Shown here in pieces: positions 19,690-29,858 of a DNA stretch of 64,000 nt. The DNA comes from an uncultured virus (IMG/VR IMGVR_UViG_2891442665_000011) (taxonomy: Duplodnaviria; Heunggongvirae; Uroviricota; Caudoviricetes). The position numbers and the translations under genes are program-made. The stretch lies in the IMG/VR virus record IMGVR_UViG_2891442665_000011. One strand, given 5' to 3'. The notes under the pieces were generated by a model that saw only the letters and a program-made list of their open reading frames with translations, made no database searches and was not told where the DNA came from. Position 1 is the first letter of the stretch, and each line of letters starts with the position of its first letter.

Positions 19690-20397
19690 TTAGCCCGCTG
19701 TCTGAGACTCCTGATAAAGCTTCAGAATCTCATCCGGCAGCGGCAGCCTTGCAGTAGTTCCGTCATCGCCGTCCTCGGTGGTAGGCTCTGTACCGTACAG
19801 AATCTCCTCAAGCTTAGCCATGAACTTGGCATCAAACTTGGTGGAATCGAAAGTAAGGCACGCCGTCGGCTTGAGCTTCTTACCATCGATAACCGTGTTG
19901 ATAGCCACCGGAGTCGTGCTGATCTCCCAGGAAAGGGTGATGGGTTCCGGACTATCATTGATAGTCGAGTAGCCTTTCTCCGAAGGAGCCGCCAAAGCAC
20001 CGTAAATCAGATGCAGCTTATAGCCGTAATCATTGTTATCAACATCGTTGCCCAGAATCGTCCGGTAAGAGAGACCAAACGTTTTTCTGGACTGCTGCCC
20101 TGCAAACATACCGGGCACAACCTCAACCGACCCATCGCACTCTGCGAATTCATCAGGGTACATATATGCCTCGATGGTAGCCCCGAATTCCTCCGCGGAC
20201 ATCAGATTCAGATACTTGATGTTATCCGCATAAATCGGAGAAGCCTCCGCTCCGGAAGGGCTTTCCGATACAGCACTCAGACCATTCCACGCAACGCCTT
20301 TACTGTAAACGCCGCCAGCCTGAATAGGGTAAAGAACGCCATGATCCACACCGGTCTCATACAGACGCTCGCCAGTTTTATCCCAAACAAGTTTCAT
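19690..20397 (-). CDS. Major tail protein
   Basis: GVAWNGL..VSESPSG...YADNIKY pattern of siphophage tail tubes. Confidence 0.85.
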   Translation of the reverse strand: MKLVWDKTGERLYETGVDHGVLYPIQAGGVYSKGVAWNGLSAVSESPSGAEASPIYADNIKYLNLMSAEEFGATIEAYMYPDEFAECDGSVEVVPGMFAGQQSRKTFGLSYRTILGNDVDNNDYGYKLHLIYGALAAPSEKGYSTINDSPEPITLSWEISTTPVAINTVIDGKKLKPTACLTFDSTKFDAKFMAKLEEILYGTEPTTEDGDDGTTARLPLPDEILKLYQESQTAG

Positions 20398-20411
20398 AGA
20401 TTTGTTCCTCC

Positions 20412-20732
20412 TTATTCATAAATAATTTCAAGTCCGTAAGCTTTAGCAGCTTCGTGTTCCAGCTTACATCCTCTCGCGTTTTCCCAACCCTTACAAAAAT
20501 ACGCTGCGTGACAAAGCGACATATTTTCAAGACTTTTGGCGAGAAAGCAAAGCGGAATTTGTTCTACACCCCGTTCGACCATTTTTTCGTTGCTATACCA
20601 CTCATCTGTAAAAAGAGTGTTGATGATCGTATAACCTCGTTCTTCTAATGTCTTAATCGCCTTTTCTCTTGTAGCGATGATCTCCTCCTCTGTCTTACCA
20701 GCCATAGGCTGAGACAACATGGCTTTCTTCAT
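20412..20732 (-). CDS. DUF4406-like / nucleoside-deoxyribosyltransferase-fold protein
   Basis: MLSQPMAG...GWENARGCKLEH..A..YG. Confidence 0.65.
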   Translation of the reverse strand: MKKAMLSQPMAGKTEEEIIATREKAIKTLEERGYTIINTLFTDEWYSNEKMVERGVEQIPLCFLAKSLENMSLCHAAYFCKGWENARGCKLEHEAAKAYGLEIIYE

Positions 20733-20744
20733 TTTTGTTCCTCC

Positions 20745-21056
20745 TTAAAAGAATATGGTAAAGACATCATGATTCAGGTTGTCTTTTTCGTAGTGCCGGA
20801 TAAACCGACAAGTGGGCAAAGTGGCTACTTTACCTACGAGCGGACTATCCGGATCTTTATCGATGACTGTTACTGAATATTTTCGATAAGACAAATAAAC
20901 CCCGTCATTCGCATACGTGTTCTCGATACCGTCAAGACCGTATACGATGGCGGGGTAATTCATCTTAACCGATTCCGGGGGTTGAAAATAAGCGTTCCTC
21001 GTTCCAAGGATTTCACAGAATATCTCATGTAGCAGAAGACGTCTGTTCGTCGCCAT
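20745..21056 (-). CDS. Tail terminator / head-tail protein
   Basis: YFQPP...YPAIVY pattern; position in the module. Confidence 0.6.
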   Translation of the reverse strand: MATNRRLLLHEIFCEILGTRNAYFQPPESVKMNYPAIVYGLDGIENTYANDGVYLSYRKYSVTVIDKDPDSPLVGKVATLPTCRFIRHYEKDNLNHDVFTIFF

Positions 21057-21363
21057 GATATACACCCCCTATTGTCAGAATCAGCCTTGGGTACTGAACT
21101 TCTACATTTGAAATCTTCCATTTAGCACCCATAAACCCAACGTACCGCATCGAATGAAAATTCTCATTGGCAAACGGATCGGCAACAATGCTGATCTCAT
21201 TTGCGACATTGATGTCGTCGTTGAGCGTTTCAGCGCTTTGGAGCCTGCGCATATTACGAGTCAAATCACCAAAGTACATACGCTCGGTAATCTGCTCCTC
21301 CCATACGCCAGGTCTCGTTTCCACTGTCTCAGCATAGCCGATTGGTCCGTAAAATTTCGCCAT
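21025..21363 (-). CDS. Head-closure / head-tail adaptor
   Basis: Directly after the capsid gene; ISIVADPF. Confidence 0.6.
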   Translation of the reverse strand: MAKFYGPIGYAETVETRPGVWEEQITERMYFGDLTRNMRRLQSAETLNDDINVANEISIVADPFANENFHSMRYVGFMGAKWKISNVEVQYPRLILTIGGVYHGDEQTSSAT

Positions 21364-21386
21364 TTTGAATTTCCACCTCCTGGACA

Positions 21387-23240
21387 TTAGCCGCTGACAG
21401 ACTCAGCTTTCTCCTCGATGACGATAGCAGACTTGATTCTGGTAAGCTGACCGGACTTGCGCGTCTCCAGCAGCGACTGAAGCTGATTGAACTTGATGTC
21501 GAAGTCGGTGAAGTGAGTCACATCGCCGCCCTTGGAAGCGCCGTATCCGTAGTCAGCCATATTCACGCAAATCGCGTGCAGCTTGTGCTTGACGCCGTCG
21601 GAATCGGTACGAACCTTCCCCTCGAACTGCGTAACCTCATAGATATTGGCAACGCCCAAAGCCGCAGCAAGCTCGGTATCCGTCTCGTAAATACGGCGGC
21701 CATTGCGGTCACGAGCGAGAATCATGGTGTTGTGCATATCAGTGGTAATGAACAGATCCGGCTTACCGGTACCACGGAAGTCCTTGCGAGCTTTACGCAG
21801 AGCCGTAACCATAGCCTCTGCATAAATGAAGCTTTCGCCGAAATACTGCTCGGTGTTGGCACCCTGAAGCTCTTTTGCCATGGCTGCAAAGTCCACATCC
21901 TTGTGGATGGTGTACAGCTCATCGTCAGTCCAGATGGGACGAATCTTGTCCGGGAAGATTTTCTCAGGGTCACTGTTAGGACGCTCATCACCCAGCATGG
22001 TAGCAACAGCCAAAGTTTCCTTCAAAGAAATCTGGTCGATGCTGTACTGGAACTGAACATAGTCGAAATCTTCGATGTCCACCACATCGTCACGATGCAG
22101 TTCGGAAGTGACGTATACCGTCTGGGGGTCAGTGGTACGCCTTACCAGCTCGTAGTTGCCGGTGATTTTCTTCTCGTTTCCTTTCTGATAACCCTTGGCG
22201 GACAGTGCATCGATGTTCCGAATATCTACATGAGAAGTACGAACCCGACCGTGAGGGATTTTCTGAGTCTTGGCCATGATAGCGTCAACCCATCCCATAT
22301 CATTGGTGATAAGTTCGGGAGTGCGGCTGGGATGCGCCTCAACATATTCCGGGAACATGGTAGTAATGTTTCCGTTGCCGGTCTGAAGAAAGCCGCTGAT
22401 GTCGGCGTGCTGAAGTTCATGCTCCTCGCTGTAGATTTTAATCGCAGCCTGAAGAGAACCAACGCTGCTGGACTTGGCAAGTTTCAGAATTTCACTCTGA
22501 GCCGCATGGGACAGAACATTATCCTGAGACTTGCCCTTTTTGTCAAATACATTATGTTTCATATCTTCGTTTCCTCCTTTAGAATCGTTATTATCCTCTG
22601 ACCCTCCCTTTTTATCAAGAGCTGCCATACCGATCATTGTAAACACTACATCCTGTTCCTTATCGGAAAGCTTATGCCGGATTCTTTCCATGACCTCGTC
22701 GACCGTTTCATCATCGTTTTCCGGATTTTCCTCTTTAGAACCGCCATCATCCGGCTTCTTGTCTTTGTTTTCAGCCCCATCGTCAGAATGATAGAGCATG
22801 ATGTTCTCATTGTAATTGATAATCAGCTCATCCTCGACGGCAACGCCGTGATTCATAACCGTATCAATATAGGCTCCGGGATTTGCCCCGGCCAAAACGA
22901 GACTCACCTCACGGATAATACCATGAACCACATCTTTCCCCATCTGCTTCAACTGATTCGCTGCAATGGACAGAGAAACAACGTCCCCGTGCCGAACCAA
23001 CTTTTTAGCTGTCTGGCCGGATTCCGTATCATTGAATGTACAATAGGCATAAACCCCGTCGTCTCTGTTTTCCAGCAATGCGTGTCCCAAAACATTATCC
23101 TGGGAATCATGCTGATGGTTCCAAACAAGGCTTACAGTCTCGCCGTCCTGCTGTTTAAAAGCATTCTTACGGATAATTCTTCCGTCGGCGCACTGCAAAT
23201 CATTTCTTGTGGCCCAGCCACTGAAATCAAATTTTGCCAT
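21387..23240 (-). CDS. Prohead protease-major capsid fusion
   Basis: N-terminal HK97-type protease (FSGWAT, LVWNH, SLSI, EVSLVLAGANP), acidic linker, capsid-sized C-terminal domain. Confidence 0.85.
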   Translation of the reverse strand: MAKFDFSGWATRNDLQCADGRIIRKNAFKQQDGETVSLVWNHQHDSQDNVLGHALLENRDDGVYAYCTFNDTESGQTAKKLVRHGDVVSLSIAANQLKQMGKDVVHGIIREVSLVLAGANPGAYIDTVMNHGVAVEDELIINYNENIMLYHSDDGAENKDKKPDDGGSKEENPENDDETVDEVMERIRHKLSDKEQDVVFTMIGMAALDKKGGSEDNNDSKGGNEDMKHNVFDKKGKSQDNVLSHAAQSEILKLAKSSSVGSLQAAIKIYSEEHELQHADISGFLQTGNGNITTMFPEYVEAHPSRTPELITNDMGWVDAIMAKTQKIPHGRVRTSHVDIRNIDALSAKGYQKGNEKKITGNYELVRRTTDPQTVYVTSELHRDDVVDIEDFDYVQFQYSIDQISLKETLAVATMLGDERPNSDPEKIFPDKIRPIWTDDELYTIHKDVDFAAMAKELQGANTEQYFGESFIYAEAMVTALRKARKDFRGTGKPDLFITTDMHNTMILARDRNGRRIYETDTELAAALGVANIYEVTQFEGKVRTDSDGVKHKLHAICVNMADYGYGASKGGDVTHFTDFDIKFNQLQSLLETRKSGQLTRIKSAIVIEEKAESVSG

Positions 23241-23255
23241 TTTGAATTTTCCTCC

Positions 23256-24095
23256 TTACTTCTTTTTCTGTGATGATTTACGCTTGCGCTTGGACACCTT
23301 CGGCATCTCGGCGGCAATCTTGTCAAACTCCCTTTGATAAATTTCCTCATAAGAAGAGTCCAAAGACTCCTTTGCGGCTTTATAGGCTTCCCTCGCTGCG
23401 GAGATTGCCGATTTTAACCTGCTGGCAACCTGTTTTCGTTCAGCCGAAGCATTGGCAGAATTAGCCGCGCGGTCTTCTTTTGTTTCTTCTGACACCTGTT
23501 GCTTTCTCGCAGTGGCATCGGAACGGACACCTTCTTTACTGGACTGGGATTCTTCGCTTACTTTCGATTTTGCCGCTTTCGAATCCGAACGCAACTTGGC
23601 AATTTTCTCGTTACGCTCGGCTATCCGTTTTGCTCGTTCAGCTTTTGGCAAACTGTCCGGAATCTTTTCAGCCATAAGACGTTCTATCGCAGAATTAGTC
23701 TTGGATGTTATCCTTTCCTTCTCTGCCGTCGAGGTTTTTTCGATATCTTCCAAATCGGATTTTTTATCCGAATCGATTGCCTCTTTTTTACGAGATGCCC
23801 TTTTGGTTAGAGCATCATTCAACTCCTTCAGACGTGCAGAGATTTGTTCCCTTGTGGCCGATGCTCTTTCTCTTAGCGCTGTTATAGTCTGTTTTCGCTT
23901 TTCCTGTTCCCCCTCAACCTTGGCCTTTTTCTCGGCTTTGATTTCGTTTTTGGTATAGGACCAGACTTTCTTTCCTTCATCCGAAAGCTTGGTAGCTGAG
24001 CGGCGTCCTTTCAATTCCCTGGTTCGCATGTAATATTCATGAGCTTTTTGGGGGTCGTAATAGGGAGAGGCATAATGCTGAAGATTATTGTCCAT
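23256..24095 (-). CDS. Charged coiled-coil head-module protein
   Basis: Between portal and capsid; N-terminal LQHY. Confidence 0.6.
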   Translation of the reverse strand: MDNNLQHYASPYYDPQKAHEYYMRTRELKGRRSATKLSDEGKKVWSYTKNEIKAEKKAKVEGEQEKRKQTITALRERASATREQISARLKELNDALTKRASRKKEAIDSDKKSDLEDIEKTSTAEKERITSKTNSAIERLMAEKIPDSLPKAERAKRIAERNEKIAKLRSDSKAAKSKVSEESQSSKEGVRSDATARKQQVSEETKEDRAANSANASAERKQVASRLKSAISAAREAYKAAKESLDSSYEEIYQREFDKIAAEMPKVSKRKRKSSQKKK

Positions 24096-25454
24096 CTACG
24101 AATCCTCCTCCTCTTCCTCATCATCGGAAATATAATCGCCGATTATCTTTTCTATTTCAGATTCAAGACTATCCAGCAATTCATTTACGATGCGGTCCTG
24201 TTCGCTCTCACCAGTTGAAGTTCCTTCGTCAGCCATCGTCGGATTTCCGGAATTAACCTCGCCTTCTGTCTGATTGAGATTTTTATTCCGAAGTTCATCC
24301 GCTTTCGGGTCTTTTGACGGTTTCCATCCGATCGTCTGCCGCATCTCATTCGAAGTCGCAATCTCATTACGAGTCAGCTTATCAGAGATTTCAGCCAATT
24401 CCGTAACAGGCACCAGCTTGAACGGGTCTCTGAAGAACATAATTGACTGCTTCTGAGACCGAGCAGTTTTGGTCAGAAACTTCCGTTTCATCTCGTCAAC
24501 AATAGCAGAAACAATCGGCTCAATCGTTCGGTTGTAGTAGTTGAGCATTGTCGTTTCGTCGGCTGTACCATCTAAAATACTCTGAGTGATTCCCAACTGG
24601 CTGTATAGCATACTCGTTAAGTATTCAATCTGAGACATTAGATTGTTTCCAACGGAACGATTTAGCTGCGTTATATGCTCCGTACCATCGGTATAAGCGA
24701 TACCATACTTAGAACCGGACAACTGCTGCTCAATATCTTTACGCCGTTTTTCGGCCTGCTGACGTCTTGCATCTGTCTTGATAACATACGGAAGCTGAAT
24801 GATTAAATCCAACTTTCCGGAACTGCTTTGCTCATCGACAACGTCCAAGAGATTCAATTTTCGAATTAACCGTTGCATTGTGGAATTCGGTTCGTTGATA
24901 ACCGCATAAAGCGGATTTTCAATAATCGCAACCGCTTCCTTTGGCATAAGAATATCTTCTTTCAAACCGGTGTTCTCGTTGTAAACCTGAACACGAACAT
25001 GCTTCGGATACCATTCGAGAATTTTTCCAGTTCGCATCTTGTCAATATCGAATGAACCTGCTACTCCGTCTTCCGGATCATCATCGGTGTCGGTAGGTAC
25101 AATGGCTACGCATCCTTCGTCCAACATCGACATGACAATATCCTGAATAAAAGAACGCCCAGTTTGATCTATATTGGCTTCCAAAGAAAGACAATTGTTC
25201 AAACCGGACTTTATAACTTCAAGAAATCGTTCATTATCATCCAAACGGACGTGCTGAATGTTGATGGCAGCCGCATCCAATGCAATACGGTTGTATACGG
25301 AAGTGACAATAGACCTTTCATTTCCTCTGGTAAGCCGAGGACGGTCCGGTCTGTAAGAATATCCCGTTCCGATATCACGGTAATAGTTTTGCTGACCGTT
25401 ATTTCGGAAAGCATTCCAGGCATGTTTAAACCTGGAGCCAATCGCTATATCCAT
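24096..25454 (-). CDS. Portal protein
   Basis: 452 aa between terminase and capsid; SVYNRIA, TSNEMR..G..P. Confidence 0.85.
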   Translation of the reverse strand: MDIAIGSRFKHAWNAFRNNGQQNYYRDIGTGYSYRPDRPRLTRGNERSIVTSVYNRIALDAAAINIQHVRLDDNERFLEVIKSGLNNCLSLEANIDQTGRSFIQDIVMSMLDEGCVAIVPTDTDDDPEDGVAGSFDIDKMRTGKILEWYPKHVRVQVYNENTGLKEDILMPKEAVAIIENPLYAVINEPNSTMQRLIRKLNLLDVVDEQSSSGKLDLIIQLPYVIKTDARRQQAEKRRKDIEQQLSGSKYGIAYTDGTEHITQLNRSVGNNLMSQIEYLTSMLYSQLGITQSILDGTADETTMLNYYNRTIEPIVSAIVDEMKRKFLTKTARSQKQSIMFFRDPFKLVPVTELAEISDKLTRNEIATSNEMRQTIGWKPSKDPKADELRNKNLNQTEGEVNSGNPTMADEGTSTGESEQDRIVNELLDSLESEIEKIIGDYISDDEEEEEDS

Positions 25455-25469
25455 TTTTTCATCACCTCC

Positions 25470-25922
25470 CTACGCCTTATCCAGCACTGTCTTTTTGTAA
25501 GCAACCCGACCGGAAGCCCATACACCATTTCGGAGCTGCGCCATGTTGTAACCTTCATCAGCGAGCGCCATCATAACGCCAATTTCCCCTCGTTTTGCTA
25601 CGAATTGAACAACCTTTCCAGACGGAGACCGAATCTTTGAAGCTGACTGACTCATAAGTTCAGCCATTTTCTTGTTGTAGGCGTTGATCGCCGAGGAACT
25701 CAATTTTCCCGATTTATTTACAGCGCCGGGAGACCGAAGTATTTCATTTGCATATCGGCTCATTTCTTTTGAAGATTTTCTGCGAGCCTGTTCCGTAATC
25801 TTCTCGCTTTTCTTCTTGACCCAATTTGCATCTTTTTTACTGAGATTTCCGAGTTGAGCCGGGGTACGGCGGATGCCCCATTTCTGTCCCAAAATCCCAT
25901 GATGTTCTATCATCTCTGACAA
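25470..25922 (-). CDS. Basic protein with HHGILGQKWGIRR motif
   Basis: N-terminal motif shared with 27694..28113. Confidence 0.7.
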   Translation of the reverse strand: MSEMIEHHGILGQKWGIRRTPAQLGNLSKKDANWVKKKSEKITEQARRKSSKEMSRYANEILRSPGAVNKSGKLSSSAINAYNKKMAELMSQSASKIRSPSGKVVQFVAKRGEIGVMMALADEGYNMAQLRNGVWASGRVAYKKTVLDKA

Positions 25923-25937
25923 ACGCGCTCACCTCCT

Positions 25938-27683
25938 TTACTCAAACGCATCTCTGTTCAGCTTATAGGCGATGTAAGCATCCATCATAGCCGCCACAGC
26001 ATCAATCTTTTGGTCGCCCCGCTTTTTGTAAAGCTTTCGGTTCCCGTTAGTGTCTGTGATGGTAATGCAATTGCCCATACAGAAAGACATCAATTCTTCA
26101 TCAAATAAAAGCATCCGCTCCTCGGAAAGTTTCTTTAACTCTCCTAAAGGAACGGATTCTGTTTTTGCCCCCTGTATTACTTTTTCGATACCAAACGGTC
26201 CATTTTCAGATGCCCATCTCTCAACAAACTCTTTGGCATTGTAAGGGTCATACCCGAAACAACGAACGTCGTATCCACGTTCTACGATATGGTTATCCAG
26301 ATCTTCATACACCTGCATCATATCCAAAACAGTGCCTTCCATGACAATCAAACTGCCTTCCAGTATGAACTGCTCATATTTACTTCGCATTGCCGACGGA
26401 AGTTTCCGAAACGTCAGGTCTGAAATATACGCCCTGGTTTTGATTCCGAATGTTCCGTTTGATAAAGGGAACATAAAAGTGAAATCACAGAAGTCATCCC
26501 CTCTCGATAAATCGCCGCCCATAGAACAAGGCATACCAGAAAAATCACGCTTACGATATTTCAAAGTTTCTTCATAAGTAAAGTAATAGGTATAACCCTC
26601 CATTGGTAGACCAAACCGCTTCGCCAAAATATCATTTCTGGCTGCCGGAGCATTTTCGGCTCTTTCTACATCACGCTGGTATACTTCAAAAGTAACGGTT
26701 TTTCCAAGGTTTGGGTTGGCTTTCAGCCACTTGTTAGGCTCAGAAATCTCATCAATGGAATCGAGCTTATACCACCAGATGGAAGTATTGATTGCCGGGT
26801 ATTCGCCCTTTAGGATTTTCATCAATTCCATTTTGATTGTATCGCCGCTTCCGTTCCGAACGGTTCCTTCAGAGCTGGTCGCAATGATAAGGTAATCGTC
26901 AAGTTTTGAAGCGCCTTGCTCAATGGCTCCAACCACGTCTTCCCTTACATCACCGGACAGCCACTCATCGATTGTTGATACTTTAGTCCTCAAGCCTTGA
27001 AGTTTATCGATAGACATCGGACGAACCTCTATCAGAGAACCCGTGAAAAAATTTTCGATTCCCTTTTTGGTTGAGGCAAGCTTTACACGGTTTGCTTTGG
27101 CACCCGTGGTATTTTGTAACGACCCTTCCGTAAGAAACCGGAACAACGGACCTTTGGCTCTTGTGATGGCTGTCTTTATCGGCTGTATTACTTCCTCTGC
27201 CTGTTTCATAGTCGGAGCGGTTGTTATCTGGTGAGTCGTAGAAGTATCAATGTTTTCGAAATAGGATTGGATGCAGGAATCGTACAAAGACTTGGCGGCC
27301 CCTCGCCCAACAATCAAATACTGCTTATTGATAAGCCGCTTCTTGATGGTTTTTACTACAAAATGCCCGCCGGGACCATTCGGGTTTGGCTCCCATACTT
27401 CCCTCTCCTCGAAGTAGTACCAACCAAATATCTGCTCACCCCAAAGTTTAAAAGTGTCAAGCATAACAAGATTGGCACCATCGGTTAAAGTGAGTTCCTC
27501 CTCACAATATGCAATCCACCCCTCAACCGGACGGTCGTCATAATAAATCCCACGGTCTGCGATAAGTTCGTCGATCCGGTTCATTTCCATCTCGATTTCA
27601 CGGCAGACAGGTATTTCTCCCCGAATTACGGCATCTCTGAACGCGCCGTAATACTTTGGAACGGCAGTGTTCGACAATGCCAT
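25938..27683 (-). CDS. Terminase large subunit
   Basis: VGRGAAKS Walker A, IDE Walker B, KANPNLG, GGDLS, YDPY, KIDAVAA. Confidence 0.93.
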   Translation of the reverse strand: MALSNTAVPKYYGAFRDAVIRGEIPVCREIEMEMNRIDELIADRGIYYDDRPVEGWIAYCEEELTLTDGANLVMLDTFKLWGEQIFGWYYFEEREVWEPNPNGPGGHFVVKTIKKRLINKQYLIVGRGAAKSLYDSCIQSYFENIDTSTTHQITTAPTMKQAEEVIQPIKTAITRAKGPLFRFLTEGSLQNTTGAKANRVKLASTKKGIENFFTGSLIEVRPMSIDKLQGLRTKVSTIDEWLSGDVREDVVGAIEQGASKLDDYLIIATSSEGTVRNGSGDTIKMELMKILKGEYPAINTSIWWYKLDSIDEISEPNKWLKANPNLGKTVTFEVYQRDVERAENAPAARNDILAKRFGLPMEGYTYYFTYEETLKYRKRDFSGMPCSMGGDLSRGDDFCDFTFMFPLSNGTFGIKTRAYISDLTFRKLPSAMRSKYEQFILEGSLIVMEGTVLDMMQVYEDLDNHIVERGYDVRCFGYDPYNAKEFVERWASENGPFGIEKVIQGAKTESVPLGELKKLSEERMLLFDEELMSFCMGNCITITDTNGNRKLYKKRGDQKIDAVAAMMDAYIAYKLNRDAFE

Positions 27684-27693
27684 AATGAATCAC

Positions 27694-28113
27694 CTACTTA
27701 TCTTTCTGTCCCTTTTTAGGATTAACAATCTCGGAACCGGCCAGCTTATTCACCGCTGTTCCCATCATGTAAGTTGTAAACTGTGTTGCGATGTTTTTCC
27801 CGGATTTTTCAAGGACGTCAGCAACAAAGTCCCGCCCCTTTGCACTGCGCACCTGTTCCTCGCTTTTGGATAAATCACGGTAACGCTTTTCCAGTTCCAG
27901 ACGGCTTATCAGTTCTTTCAGCTCGGCATCTGTCATGTCTTTGACAGCTTTACGGCCGGAATTTCCAGAAGATACTTTTCCTTTCCCTCCGGCTTTTTTA
28001 ATTTCTTCTTTGTCGCCTCCTGAAGATTTCTTTCTGCCCAACTGTGCAGGAGTACGCCGAACTCCCCATTTCATTCCAAGCACACCGTAATGGGTTAAAA
28101 TGTTATCATCCAT
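27694..28113 (-). CDS. Basic protein with HYGVLGMKWGVRR motif
   Basis: GAGGAGG RBS; paralogous N-terminus to 25470..25922. Confidence 0.7.
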   Translation of the reverse strand: MDDNILTHYGVLGMKWGVRRTPAQLGRKKSSGGDKEEIKKAGGKGKVSSGNSGRKAVKDMTDAELKELISRLELEKRYRDLSKSEEQVRSAKGRDFVADVLEKSGKNIATQFTTYMMGTAVNKLAGSEIVNPKKGQKDK

Positions 28114-28477
28114 TTTGATTTTCCTCCTCTCCACTCGAATCAGATGCAACCTGGATACGCCACTCAAGCTCTTTTATCTGTTGGTTCATACATTCGATAA
28201 CCGCAGAAGCAAGCGGTGGATCAAAGAGTAGTTTAACCTTCAGATGCATATAGGACTTTACGAATTCAATCTTAGATTTTTCAGGAATGAAATCGGTCCA
28301 TAAAGCGTCTTCATCTTCAATGGAAAATCCATCAGCAGGACCGACGCCAAGCTGTGTCAAAATTGAAAACGCAGAGTTAATATGCATGATGAGATCAGCA
28401 TCGTATACCTGGTATTCTTCTGCGATTCCGAGCAACTTTTTTATTGATGTCAGTATGCTTGGTATGTTCTTTTCCAT
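28106..28477 (-). CDS. Head-tail connector-like protein
   Basis: SILTSIKKLLGI...KVKLLFDPP. Confidence 0.6.
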   Translation of the reverse strand: MEKNIPSILTSIKKLLGIAEEYQVYDADLIMHINSAFSILTQLGVGPADGFSIEDEDALWTDFIPEKSKIEFVKSYMHLKVKLLFDPPLASAVIECMNQQIKELEWRIQVASDSSGEEENQNG

Positions 28478-28495
28478 CGCGGTCCTCCTTTTTAC

Positions 28496-28729
28496 TTAAA
28501 CTGTGATGAACTGTTTCATACAAAAGCCTTCCAAACCGGAATCGGTATAAACCTTGTAGAACTCGCCGATAGATTTATCCTTGTCAACTATAACTTCCGT
28601 ATTGACCGGAATCGTGCCAAGAACCTCAGCCTTGTCATCCGGTTCTTTACGGATTCTGAGATTCGCACAATTGCTCACCAGACCGATTACAGGCTCTTTC
28701 TGTATTGCAGTCATTTCTTTAGATTCCAT
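28496..28729 (-). CDS. SH3b-domain small protein
   Basis: NLRIRKEP...VLGTI...GFCM. Confidence 0.65.
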   Translation of the reverse strand: MESKEMTAIQKEPVIGLVSNCANLRIRKEPDDKAEVLGTIPVNTEVIVDKDKSIGEFYKVYTDSGLEGFCMKQFITV

Positions 28730-28743
28730 AATTTGTTTCCTCC

Positions 28744-29157
28744 TTAATGTCTCCATGGACAGGTATCGTTTTTTGTTCGTTCAACTGGAATATGGGGGAT
28801 TGGAGTTTCGTCTCCATAGTGAATTGCGTTGTGGGTTGAAAGTTTTGTAGACACAACGTTGTCTGGGTCAAACACGCATGGATTCCGATTCAGAATATCT
28901 TCATAGGTTATAGGATTGATGTGGTGAATAATAATCGACCCAAAAATCTCAAATCCCTCTAAAGCCAAATCACACCCATTATCTCGAATGATGATTTTGT
29001 TTCTGAATCTTATCCATTCGTCGGAATGATAGAATTCCTGATTAAGCCAACGTTTAAAACCAAAAGTTTCTTCTGCAACTTTTCCACAAAGTCTGAGATA
29101 CTGATACCGTTCCTCAAAAGTTGGAATTCGGATTAACTCACTATAAGTCTTCTTCAT
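28744..29157 (-). CDS. HNH endonuclease (packaging-associated)
   Basis: RDNGCD...HHINP...HNAIH. Confidence 0.8.
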   Translation of the reverse strand: MKKTYSELIRIPTFEERYQYLRLCGKVAEETFGFKRWLNQEFYHSDEWIRFRNKIIIRDNGCDLALEGFEIFGSIIIHHINPITYEDILNRNPCVFDPDNVVSTKLSTHNAIHYGDETPIPHIPVERTKNDTCPWRH

Positions 29158-29485
29158 CCGAATCCTCCTCTCCGCTATACCGTCGAAACGCTTTCAGTGC
29201 ATTTTCGTACAATTCCTCTGACCGATGTGCAGATTGCAGCGATTCCACTTTTGCCCTTAATAACTCGTTTTCACGTTCTATCTTCTCCCTCTCCAGACGC
29301 TCCCTCGTAGATCCCAGTTTTAAATAATGTGTTATGACCTGAGAGGAGGCTGTTCCCTCCATCAATTGTTTCTCAGCAAGATCTACCGCAAGAGAAATCA
29401 TTTGATTTTCCCTCGCTTCGGGTGTCAACGCCGGTCGCATCTTTCTTGAAGAATTAGAAGAGCTTGCAGCCTTGGCTTTTCCCAT
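29141..29485 (-). CDS. Putative terminase small subunit
   Basis: First gene of the packaging operon; helical, 114 aa. Confidence 0.5.
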   Translation of the reverse strand: MGKAKAASSSNSSRKMRPALTPEARENQMISLAVDLAEKQLMEGTASSQVITHYLKLGSTRERLEREKIERENELLRAKVESLQSAHRSEELYENALKAFRRYSGEEDSDEEDL

Positions 29486-29546
29486 ACTTGCCGCCTCCTC
29501 TCGATTAGTTTGTTACTCGTTTTTCATACCTTTTAGAATAGTTCTC

Positions 29547-29667
29547 CTACGGTGTTTAAAAGAACTCACGAAGCCGGCAAATATACTTTTTCGCTGAAAG
29601 GAGAAAAAGAGCAAAAGAACCACAGCCAATGCCACGCCAACCCCGCGAGTTCGTTTAAACACCGTAG
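29547..29667 (-). ncRNA. Putative structured RNA (24-bp stem) upstream of the packaging operon
   Basis: Inverted repeat 29547-29570 / 29644-29667, 22 of 24 complementary, with one mismatch a G-U pair on the minus strand. Confidence 0.45.
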
Positions 29668-29858
29668 AAGAACGACAAGGGTAAATCCAAAATATACCCC
29701 CGGAGAATTTTTAAAGACCGCCGCGATGTGGGAGGGGGTGCATTTTCAGCGACCCTCCCCTATGTCTTTCATCTGTCAGTCTCATGGGCCGTTTAAGCCT
29801 TGTTTAAGTCGAAAAGCGACAACGCATATAAAAACTTAATTTTTTCAAATTCTCTTTT

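Noticed and set aside
21513..22601. 362-aa plus-strand ORF and other long plus-strand ORFs (e.g. 6627..7511, 3722..3916)
   Set aside because: Antisense shadows of real minus-strand genes or of TR; no RBS or recognisable motifs.
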